From: Candidatus Hydrogenedentota bacterium
Lineage (GTDB): Bacteria > Hydrogenedentota > Hydrogenedentia > Hydrogenedentales > SLHB01
Direction: 5' to 3'
DNA length: 15,175 nucleotides
Assembly: GCA_963745075.1 (NCBI GenBank)
Contig: CAVUWV010000002.1
Coordinates: 1 to 15,175 of the forward strand
Shown: one piece after another, positions 7,200-15,175 of the stretch
Layout: each line of letters opens with the position of its first letter
How positions within the stretch are numbered: position 1 is the stretch's first letter
Made by a program: the position numbers and the translations under genes
Notes under the pieces: model-generated
Database searches by the model: none
What the model was told of the DNA's origin: nothing
Seen by the model: the letters and a program-made list of their open reading frames with translations, nothing else

Positions 7200-8165
7200 A
7201 TGCATGACTTGGGCAAGCTAAAGCGACTCTCGGAATGGCCGGACATTCGGAGCAGCATCGAGGCGTCCGTGGCGGAGATCGTCGGCGTCATTCCCGAAGA
7301 GCGCGCCGATTTGCAGCTCAAAGTGCAGGACGAGCTTTCTTTCCCGGGATATACCCGCAAACGAATCAGCTACTTCGTGACTGACTGGGAACGGATCTCG
7401 GCGTGGCTGTTCGTTCCAGAGGGAAAAGATGAGGTCCCCGCGCTGCTCTGTTGCCATCAGACCGTCCCGCAAGGCAAGGATGAACCGGCCGGTATCGACG
7501 GCGATCCGAAGCTGGCGTTTGCCCGGCACTACGCGGAACTTGGATACGTCACCATCGCGCCGGACACCATTACCGCGGGGGATCGGATTCCGTTGCGGCA
7601 CGAACCTTACGATACGAGTTCCTTCTACAAGGACTTCCCGCGGATGTCCGCCATCGGCAAGATGGTCGCCGACCACGCGCGGGCGATCGACGTGTTGTGC
7701 GAAACCAAACGTGTCGACCCGGCCCGGTTGGGGGTGGTCGGACATAGTCTCGGCGCGTACAACGGTTTGTTCCTCGCCGGGTACGACGAACGCGTCCAGT
7801 GTTGTGTGGCGAGTTGCGGGTTCACCCGGTTTGCGGACGACAAGAACCCGGAACGGTGGGCGCGGGAGAAGGGTTTCGTACATCTTCCCAAGTTGAAGGA
7901 AGCGATACAGAAGAAGAAGTACCCCTTCGACTGGGAACATTTGCTCGCACGGATCGCGCCGTGTCCCACCTTGATCGTGACGGCCCTGAACGACGAGACC
8001 TTTTCCAATCCTAAGAGTTGTGCGAAGGCCGTGAAACTCGCGAAGTCGGTCTATCGTTTGCTCGGCGCGCCGAACGCGCTCGAGCAGTACACGCATTCCG
8101 ACGGGCACCGGGTTACGCAGGATACACTCGACGTGGCGGACGATTGGTTAGAACGCTGGCTTTGA
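7200..8165 (+). CDS. Alpha/beta hydrolase (dienelactone hydrolase / acetylxylan esterase-like)
   Basis: 321 aa with nucleophile elbow GHSLG, VDPARLGVVG, candidate Asp in ALNDETF and His in SDGHRV. No signal peptide. Confidence 0.9.
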   Translation: MHDLGKLKRLSEWPDIRSSIEASVAEIVGVIPEERADLQLKVQDELSFPGYTRKRISYFVTDWERISAWLFVPEGKDEVPALLCCHQTVPQGKDEPAGIDGDPKLAFARHYAELGYVTIAPDTITAGDRIPLRHEPYDTSSFYKDFPRMSAIGKMVADHARAIDVLCETKRVDPARLGVVGHSLGAYNGLFLAGYDERVQCCVASCGFTRFADDKNPERWAREKGFVHLPKLKEAIQKKKYPFDWEHLLARIAPCPTLIVTALNDETFSNPKSCAKAVKLAKSVYRLLGAPNALEQYTHSDGHRVTQDTLDVADDWLERWL

Positions 8166-8329
8166 CCGGGCGCCGGCGCGCGATTGACGTGACTTCTAAA
8201 ACGTTCGCATTTGAATGCATAAATGAAATCCCGTGCTTGGTGCACTTTCACGGCGAGAATAATGCCCGTCTCCGGGGTGTTAGTCCCATCGCCGGGGGAA
8301 GGTAAACGCGTTAACGTCGGGGAGTGCTT

Positions 8330-9317
8330 ATGTCGAGCGTTCAAGAGACCGAAATACTCCGATTGAAACCAGAAGTCGTTGTCGATCAGCGGGTTATCAA
8401 GCTCGTCGACAATATCGAGCGAGTCATTTTTGGCAAACGAGAGGTCGTCAAACTTTGTGTGACGGGCCTCCTGGCCCGGGGCCATTTGCTCATCGAAGAC
8501 GTGCCGGGAATGGGCAAAACGACCTTGGCCCAAGGCTTGGCCCGCTCCATCAAGGGCACCTTTCATCGGGTCCAATTCACGAGCGACATGCTTCCTTCCG
8601 ATATCCTGGGCGTTTCGATACTCAACCAGCGCACCCAGGAGTTCGAGTTCCGGACCGGCCCCATCTTCGCGAACGTCGTCCTGGCGGACGAAGTCAACCG
8701 GACCCCGCCCAAGACGCAAAGCGCGCTGTTGGAAGCGATGAGCGAGTTCCAGGTGTCGGTGGACGGCAAGACGCGGGATCTTCCGAATCCGTTCATCGTG
8801 TTAGCCACGCAGAATCCCATCGAATACGAAGGTACCTACACCTTGCCGGAATCCCAGTTGGACCGGTTCATGCTCCGTATCGAGATGGGATATCCGGGCG
8901 AGCAAGACGAATTGCACATTATGCGACGCCGGGACCCCCGCACGGATCTCGATCAGCTTCAACCCGTGTTGACGGCCGACGAAGTGGTGGAACTCCAGAA
9001 CCTCACGGGTACGGTCATGGTCGAGGAAAGCGTGGCGCGCTATATACTGGCTGTGATTCAAGGCACCCGGGAACATGAATTCGTCCAGCTTGGCGCCAGT
9101 CCGCGGGCATCCGTCTCGTTCTACGAGGCCTGCCAGGCGCGGGCGCTGGTCGAAGGGCGCGATTATGTAGCGCCGGATGACGTTCCGGCAGATGGCGGTT
9201 CCCGTGTTGTCCCACCGAATTCTGGTCAAATCGCGGGACGGAAATCCCATCGCTTCGGCGCGGGCCCGGGCGCGGACGATAACGGAAATCCTTGAGCGGA
9301 TCCCCTGTCCGGAATAG
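8330..9317 (+). CDS. moxR: MoxR family AAA+ ATPase, with a 1-nt frameshift near 9184
   Basis: Walker A EDVPGMGKT, Walker B VLADEVNR, ATQNPIEYEGTYTLPESQLDRF and GASPRA. Removing one base at 9183-9186 restores a typical end, DDVRQMAVPVLSHRILVK...ILERIPCPE* (TAG 9315-9317), 328 aa. GGGGAG RBS before ATG 8330. Confidence 0.93.
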
Positions 9318-9321
9318 CGTG

Positions 9322-10402
9322 ATGTTGTTCAGAAATCGTTCCCGAGTACGGCGCCTCGAACTGAGCGGCGTCATCTTTCTCGTTGCCGTGGCGGCGGCGT
9401 TGCTGGCGGCCTGGAACTCCGGCATCAGCCTTTACTACCTCTTGTTCGGCGGCATGGCGAGCATTTTCATCGTGGCGTATTTTGTGCCGCGAGCCTCCGT
9501 CAAACGGCTCACGATGGTACGGGAAGCGCCGCACGCGGTGCATCGCGGTCAGTCGTTCGGAATCGTGATCCGCGTCACAAACCCTCGCCTGTTCATTCCC
9601 GCAGTTTCAGTCCGCGTCGCGTTCGCCGATGCGCCCGACGAAACGCGCGGCGTGTTTGTGTCCATTCCTCCGCGCCGCACCGCACGACTGCGGGTGACGC
9701 ATCAATTTGAAAAACGCGGCGTATACGAACTGGCTCCGGCGGTGCTGTCGTCGTCGTTCCCGTTCGGTATGGTGGCCGCTCAAACCGCGATCGCGGACCA
9801 CCGCGAGGTCGTCGTCTATCCCCGGGTTCATGCGGCACGGACGTTCTGTGGTCGAACAGGCGGGCGGCGTCGGCGAGATGCCCCGGGTTTTTCAAGGGAC
9901 GGGCGACGAGTTTTTCAGCCTTCGCGAATACGTTCCGGGCGACGATCCACGCCAGATTGCCTGGCGGGTGAGTGCGCGAACGCAGACCCTTCTCGTCAAA
10001 GAACTCGAGCAGCAGTTCACACGGCATGTGGTCTTCGTGCTGGATACGCGCCATGCCCCCCACCTGGAAAACTTCGACGATCGCTTTGAGGACGCTATCG
10101 AACTGGTCGCTTCCCTGGCCGTTACCTTGCTGAACCGCCAGTATCTCGTCGCCATCGTCACGTCCACGGACTCGTTGCAGGAAGGGGAGGGCAAGGCCCA
10201 CCACATCAAAGTTCTCGATTTCCTGGCCCGAGTTAATCCGGCGAGCGCGGAGCTGCCCGAGCCGTACACGCGGGCGTTATCGCTGGCGCGCGCACGGCAT
10301 ACGTGTTTCCTGATGATTTCTCCGGATCCCGGTGAATGGGGCAAGACCTATGCGGGCGGCGCGGGCCGCGTCCTCGATCCACGGGAGGTCATTCATGCCT
10401 AG
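9322..10402 (+). CDS. DUF58 domain membrane protein (MoxR partner), with a 1-nt frameshift near 9845
   Basis: Two N-terminal hydrophobic segments, RGVY...SSFPFG and VVVYP in ORF 9292-10089. The DUF58 signature EFFSLREYVPGDDPRQIAWRVSAR and LLVKELE is in ORF 9707-10402. Removing one base at 9844-9845 joins them (359 aa). GTG 9319 is an alternative start. Confidence 0.88.
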
Positions 10403-12626
10403 CAGCGTCGACACCGCCCTGCGGACAAGCACCGTCTTTCTCGTTATGCTCAGTTACCTGGCGCTGACGTCGGTGAGCACGTTTGGGGTCGAAGTCGTCC
10501 TTGTCGCAGTGGCAGTGCTGGCGGCCGCGCCGATTCTGGAACGTATCGATCGCAAAACCCCGAACTATCGGCGGGTCACGTCAACGATAACGCTCATCTT
10601 TGCGTTGGTGGCACTTCCGCAGATGGTGTTGCGCCTGGGCGTACTGGTGGCGCTGACCATTCTGTGCATGTATATCCAATCCTATCTCCTGGTCCACGAG
10701 AAGAAGGTGCGTGACTACCAGTACATCTTCCTCATGGCATTCTTTCTTGTCGTGTCCGCCTGCGCACAGAATCCGGAAGCTTCCTTGGGGCTGGTCGTGC
10801 CTTTCTTCATCCTGGCGATCGTGTGGGCCTTCGGCATGCTGCAGATCCGCAAGGACGTGGCCACCGCGCCGGAAATGCCCACAGGGACGCTGCTTCCCGT
10901 AGCCGAGCGCGACCGGTTCGTGCCGGCCGAAGGAACGGTCTTACACGAACAGCCGCGACTCATTAGCGGAAACCTCACGATCTATCTGGCATTCACCGCT
11001 GCTGGCTGCTTTCTGCTATCCCTGGCGATCTTTGCGGTCACCCCACGGATGGAAGTCGGAATGTTGGGCGGCAGCAGCATCAACATCAGGCCATCCGCGG
11101 TCGACGATTCGGTGAACCTCGCCAAAGGCGGAAGAATCGGATCCAGCACGGAACCCATCATGCGGGTAAAGTTTCCCGACGAACCAGACGGCAAATACGA
11201 GGGCCCGCTTTTCTGGCGCGTGACTGCATTGAATCGCTATTTAGGTTCCGAGTGGGATCGCGTTCGCGTCGACGAACAAGACTTCAGCGATTGGCGACCC
11301 CGACGGCATCACGATCCGGCCAGCCCGGTCCGAAGGGTCACGCAGGAGATCTACCTAGACGATCCTCCGGGATTCGGGGTCCCGTGTCTTCCCTATCCCA
11401 TAGATGCGGTAGCCACTCCACGCAGCAGCGCAACGCTGGAACATGATCGAAGCGGCGACTTCACCATCTTCGCGTTGCGCCGGCGCAGTCCGGTTCTAAA
11501 CTACGAAGTGCTATCGGACGTGGGATCACCCGCGCCGGAGGCGTTGCGGAAGTACCCCGAACGTTTTGCCGCCCACCGCGGGCAACGGGGATTTCCTTTT
11601 TTATACGAGCGCGTGATGGGGTTGCGGTCGTATAACATCCTCACCCAGGAAGACCTTTCGGAAGAATCGCGGCAACTGGCCCAGCAGATCACCAACGAAT
11701 ACGACAACCCCTATGATAAGGCAAGCGCCATCGTGCAGTGGTTTCAGGGGGCACGATTTGTCTACTCGCTCTCGGTGCCGTCACCCGGTGATATGGATCC
11801 CATCGAGTTCTTTCTTCACCGGACCCGGGCCGGCAATTGCGAACTGTACGCGAGTGCCATGGCATTGATGCTCCGGAGTCTCGGCATCCCGGCGCGCGTT
11901 GTATCGGGTTACCGAGGTGGAGAATGGACTCCAGGCGATCAAGCCTACTTCGTGCGCAGAAACATGGCGCATATGTGGGTTGAAGTGTACTTCATCGATC
12001 ACGGATGGGTAACGTTCGATCCGACTCCCGCAACGGACACGGAAACGAGGGTCGGGGCGATATCGCGCTACATTTCCCGGAACATATTGAACTTCAAGAT
12101 GATATGGTTTCGCGATGTCGTTGGATACACGGGCGGCATCCGCATGTCCGACCTGCGCAACCTTTCCCTCGGCCTGGTCTGGTTCGATTTCAACATGATT
12201 CGGGAGACAGTTCTTCAACGGCCGCTGCTATCCGGAATCGTGCCGAAAATCGTTTTGTGGGGATCGCTTCTGGCGGGCGCGGTCGCCGGAATCTTCCTTC
12301 TGATCGTCCGGCGTCCGCGAATTACCGTCAAACGATTCACGTTCACGCGCGATCAAATTCGTGCCACACGGCTCTTCGGACGCTTGAAGCGGCGACTTCG
12401 CGGGCTTGGCGCTCAATGTACCGGGCGAACCGCCGCAGAGATCTACCGGAATCTGGATCGGGATTTGCTGCAGTACGCTGGGCCTATCGGAGAAGTCATG
12501 ATTGCGTATCGTGACGCGCGGTTTGGCGGGCGACCGCTGGATCGCAAGCGGTATGCGGCCTTGAATCGTACGATCCGCGGATTGGGGAAAACGCGAGGCA
12601 ACGGAAACCAGGCTACAAACCGATAG
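10395..12626 (+). CDS. TgpA-like membrane transglutaminase-domain protein (DUF3488 + transglutaminase-like + DUF4129-like tail)
   Basis: ATG 10395 overlaps the DUF58 stop (ATGCCTAG), 743 aa. Multi-TM N-terminus, LFWRVTAL, and catalytic triad motifs GNCELYASAM, HMWVEVY, FDPTP. A late TM helix is followed by a basic tail with YRDARFGG. Confidence 0.9.
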   Translation: MPSSVDTALRTSTVFLVMLSYLALTSVSTFGVEVVLVAVAVLAAAPILERIDRKTPNYRRVTSTITLIFALVALPQMVLRLGVLVALTILCMYIQSYLLVHEKKVRDYQYIFLMAFFLVVSACAQNPEASLGLVVPFFILAIVWAFGMLQIRKDVATAPEMPTGTLLPVAERDRFVPAEGTVLHEQPRLISGNLTIYLAFTAAGCFLLSLAIFAVTPRMEVGMLGGSSINIRPSAVDDSVNLAKGGRIGSSTEPIMRVKFPDEPDGKYEGPLFWRVTALNRYLGSEWDRVRVDEQDFSDWRPRRHHDPASPVRRVTQEIYLDDPPGFGVPCLPYPIDAVATPRSSATLEHDRSGDFTIFALRRRSPVLNYEVLSDVGSPAPEALRKYPERFAAHRGQRGFPFLYERVMGLRSYNILTQEDLSEESRQLAQQITNEYDNPYDKASAIVQWFQGARFVYSLSVPSPGDMDPIEFFLHRTRAGNCELYASAMALMLRSLGIPARVVSGYRGGEWTPGDQAYFVRRNMAHMWVEVYFIDHGWVTFDPTPATDTETRVGAISRYISRNILNFKMIWFRDVVGYTGGIRMSDLRNLSLGLVWFDFNMIRETVLQRPLLSGIVPKIVLWGSLLAGAVAGIFLLIVRRPRITVKRFTFTRDQIRATRLFGRLKRRLRGLGAQCTGRTAAEIYRNLDRDLLQYAGPIGEVMIAYRDARFGGRPLDRKRYAALNRTIRGLGKTRGNGNQATNR

Positions 12627-12638
12627 CCGAGATTTCCT

Positions 12639-13889
12639 TCACCGCCCCAACAGGAGCCCGACGGCGTTGGCGTCCCAAAGCGTCACCGCGATATCCGGTT
12701 TACCGTCTTGATTCAAATCCGCAGCGCTCAGGGCGTACGGACGGGCGTCTTTGTAACGATAGACTTCCCGTTCGAAGGTCAGTGGCGCGCCCGTGCCGTC
12801 CGATCGATTGATGAAGAGGCACACCCGGGACGATGCGAAACAGGCCGTGGCCAAGTCCAGTTTCCCGTCCCCATTGAAATCCGCGACGATTACATCGCGA
12901 ACCTCGTCCTGAACCTCCAGGCGATTGTTGTCGGTCCCCACTTCGATTTCCTGCGATACCTCAAAAGAAAAGCCGCCGTCACCAAAGTGAATAGCAACCG
13001 AATCCGACGAAAAACAATGGGAAACCACCAGATCGGGTTTGTTGTCCCCGTTCATGTCCGCGATCCGGACCTTGTGTGGAAGTGGACCCCGGCTGGGGAA
13101 TCGTTTTACTTCCTCGAACTGCCCTTTGCCGTCCCCTTTCCACAATGCAATCTCGTTCGTGTTGTACATGGTCGTGACCAGATCGACTTCGCCATCCCCG
13201 TCGAAGTCGGCCATCTGAAGGTCCCGCGGTCCGCCGGGAGCCGCAATGACTTTGGGTTCGCCGAAATACGTTTCGGCATTCCCGGGAAACACGATGATTA
13301 CGCCACTGGACCAGCCCGCGGCGACCGCGTCGCGAAACTGATCGTGATTGATGTCGCGCACCGCCACCGCCGTGATGCCGGGGACGGTATAAATCGGCCG
13401 GTTGTCGTCGTCCCGCACACTCTCATAACCGAGCCCCTCATCGGGGACGGTGTACGTACTGGGTTCGAATCCGGTTTCGCCAAGATTCCGAAACAGCGTC
13501 AAGTCGCGGTTGCGCGTCGCGTGAAAGCTCCCCACGACGAGGTCCGGCGCCTTGAGTGCATCGATGTTGGCGACAACAACGCACCAGGGAGCGAAACCGG
13601 CGCGAAGTGGCGGTCTATTCTCGTAGGTCAGGTTGGGCCCGGCGACGAGAAGGGACAGCTCATCGTTGGCGGGCCGTTCCTCGCGCGTGTCGGTCATTTC
13701 GCCGCGGTCGGCGGTCACAATCTCGGGCAGGCCGTCGCCGTTCAGATCCGCCGTCACGATGGCGCACGGATTGGGCCCCACTTGCAACCATCGGTTGTGC
13801 TTCACGAACGTCTCGGCCGATGCCGGCCCCGCGAATACGATGCCAACGATCGGCGCCGCGACCAAAGTCCTGAAAATTGCTTTTGTCAC
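12639..13889 (-). CDS. Secreted FG-GAP/VCBS repeat beta-propeller protein
   Basis: GTG start and signal peptide ending ASA. Seven DxxxDGxxD-type repeats: DLNGDGLPE, NIDALKAPD, DINHDQFRD, DFDGDGEVD, DMNGDNKPD, DFNGDGKLD, DLNQDGKPD. Confidence 0.9.
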   Translation of the reverse strand: MTKAIFRTLVAAPIVGIVFAGPASAETFVKHNRWLQVGPNPCAIVTADLNGDGLPEIVTADRGEMTDTREERPANDELSLLVAGPNLTYENRPPLRAGFAPWCVVVANIDALKAPDLVVGSFHATRNRDLTLFRNLGETGFEPSTYTVPDEGLGYESVRDDDNRPIYTVPGITAVAVRDINHDQFRDAVAAGWSSGVIIVFPGNAETYFGEPKVIAAPGGPRDLQMADFDGDGEVDLVTTMYNTNEIALWKGDGKGQFEEVKRFPSRGPLPHKVRIADMNGDNKPDLVVSHCFSSDSVAIHFGDGGFSFEVSQEIEVGTDNNRLEVQDEVRDVIVADFNGDGKLDLATACFASSRVCLFINRSDGTGAPLTFEREVYRYKDARPYALSAADLNQDGKPDIAVTLWDANAVGLLLGR

Positions 13890-13892
13890 AAA

Positions 13893-14899
13893 CTACCCTT
13901 TTCCGGTGAGTCGCGCCGCGAGCCGAATCGCGGCGCATAGGCTGTCGTCCCGCGCAACGCCCTTGCCGGCGATATCATACGCCGTGCCGTGGTCCACTGA
14001 CGTGCGCACAATCGGTATGCCCAATGTCACGTTGACGCCTTCATCCATGGCAACGAGCTTCAAGGGTATGTGACCCTGATCGTGATACATCGCCACCACC
14101 AGATCGAATTCACCTTCTGCCATGCGCCGGAAGACCGTATCCGGTGGATGCGGCCCGCTGCAATCGATTCCCTCGGCACGGCATTGCGCGACGGCCGGCT
14201 CGATCTCACGGGCCTCTTCGGTGCCCAACAATCCGCGCTCGCCCGCATGCGGATTGAGCCCGGCTACGCCAATCCGGCGCCGGGGCACCCCCAGCCGTTT
14301 CAGGGCGTCATGCGCGATTCGAATCGACGTGACGATTCGGTCCTTGCGGACCATCTCAACAGCGTCACGCAACGGGAAATGCGCGGAGATATGCACGATT
14401 CGCATATTGTCCGTGAACAGACACATGCGATAGTCGGGCGCGCCGGTCATTTCGGCGATGATTTCGGTGTGGCCGGTCGCCGCACAACCGGCCAGTTTGA
14501 TTCCTTCTTTATTAATCGGACAGGTAACGATCCCGTCCACCACGCCGTTTGGGTGAGCCGGACGGCGGCACGGATCCATTCCACGGCGGCACGGCCCGCG
14601 TCCGCGTCCAATGCACCAGGACGAAACGGGGGATCATCCTGCCCGGCGTGGTACACAGGTATCGTGCGCGGGTCGAACGTGGCATCCGCCGGATTCGCAA
14701 CACGCTGAGGTCTCGGCATGTCGCACACAAATTTCCGTTGCAGATCCAACGCACTCCCGCAGCCGATCACAATCGGACGACAGAGATCCCAAATCCAACG
14801 CCGCGTGAGCGCCTTCGCCAGGATCTCCGGGCCAACGCCGTTAACGTCACCCATCGTAATCGCGAGGCGCGGTCGCGTCGAACATTCAGTCGCAACCAT
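13893..14899 (-). CDS. pdxA: 4-hydroxythreonine-4-phosphate dehydrogenase family (PdxA/PdxA2), with a 1-nt frameshift near 14549
   Basis: ITMGDVNGVGPE is in ORF 14447-14989. TCPINKE, GHTE, GLNPHAGE, MYHDQG and GVNVTLGIPIVRTSVDHGTAYDIAGKG are in ORF 13893-14579. Adding one base in the run at 14548-14550 gives RLTQNGVVDGIV (335 aa). ATG 14899 has AAGGA upstream. Confidence 0.92.
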
Positions 14900-15034
14900 C
14901 GAGAACAATCCTTCTTGGAACGGTGTCATCGGGGAGAGAACGACGTGCTCCTTCATTCTCCATCCGACGGGAACCATAGCATACGGCATGCCGCCTCGGC
15001 TTCTCCATAGGCATCATGAAAAACGAAATTGTAC

Positions 15035-15175
15035 TGTCGAAACTATCTGATAATGTCCCCTGGAAAACTCATTCGAAATCTCCCCTGGTAGCGGCCTTAG
15101 AAAGGAGGCTGCGTGGAAGGGGACATTTTGATGAGTCGCAAGGAGCGTACGCGCAAGTAGGGGCAAATGTTGGAC
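15035..15175 (+). mobile_element. Probable left end of an insertion sequence (IS1202/ISNCY-like) with an interrupted transposase start
   Basis: Begins TGT at 15035 and has subterminal repeats (next feature). AGGAGG RBS at 15103-15108, then GTG 15113 / ATG 15131 MEGDILMSRKERTRK*, resembling the MSxKExxR start of these transposases. In-frame TAG at 15158-15160. Only 141 nt are visible. Confidence 0.55.
15052..15127. repeat. Three copies of AAT(G/C)TCCCCT, two direct and one inverted
   Basis: AATGTCCCCTGG at 15052-15063, AATCTCCCCTGG at 15077-15088 (25-bp period), and inverted AGGGGACATT at 15118-15127. Confidence 0.8.

Noticed and set aside
417..13940. Long opposite-strand ORFs (417-1232, 2558-3451, 7218-8108, 8051-8719, 12708-13940 and others)
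   Set aside because: They lie antisense to well-supported genes and have no recognisable motifs. Such shadow ORFs are expected in GC-rich coding DNA.
9179..14553. Programmed frameshifting or phase variation in moxR, DUF58 or pdxA
   Set aside because: No slippery heptamer or long simple repeat at any site, and these families are not known to me to be recoded. Sequence error is simpler.
15002..15029. dif/XerC-like arm (minus ATTTCGTTTTT) 5 bp from the IS end, tempting because some IS1202-family elements target dif-like sites
   Set aside because: The conserved inner ATAA is missing and there is no credible XerD arm (TTATGTTAAAT).
1..15175. CRISPR array, tRNA, rRNA, prophage or anti-phage defence genes
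   Set aside because: No regularly spaced repeat-spacer units, cloverleaf or rRNA-like sequence, and no phage or defence motifs were recognised.

Overview
GC-rich bacterial chromosomal window with four parts. (1) 1-5831, minus strand: an envelope-modification cluster. It has a decayed NAD-dependent sugar epimerase stub, two exported sulfatase-like proteins with Thr in place of the formylglycine-precursor Cys/Ser, an AlgI/DltB/PatA-type MBOAT ending in FIYFQF, and a membrane-anchored SGNH-like protein that runs off the left edge and is missing from the ORF track. (2) 6056-6847, minus: a very GC-rich gene that aligns by eye to a histidine kinase core but lacks its catalytic residues. (3) 7200-12626, plus: an alpha/beta hydrolase, then the MoxR AAA+ / DUF58 / TgpA-like transglutaminase triad. 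(4) 12639-14899, minus: pdxA followed by a secreted 7-repeat FG-GAP protein, and at the right edge the probable left end of an IS1202/ISNCY-like element. moxR, DUF58 and pdxA each carry one single-base frameshift, probably assembly errors. No rRNA, tRNA or CRISPR array was seen. All family calls come from motif recognition, not database searches.
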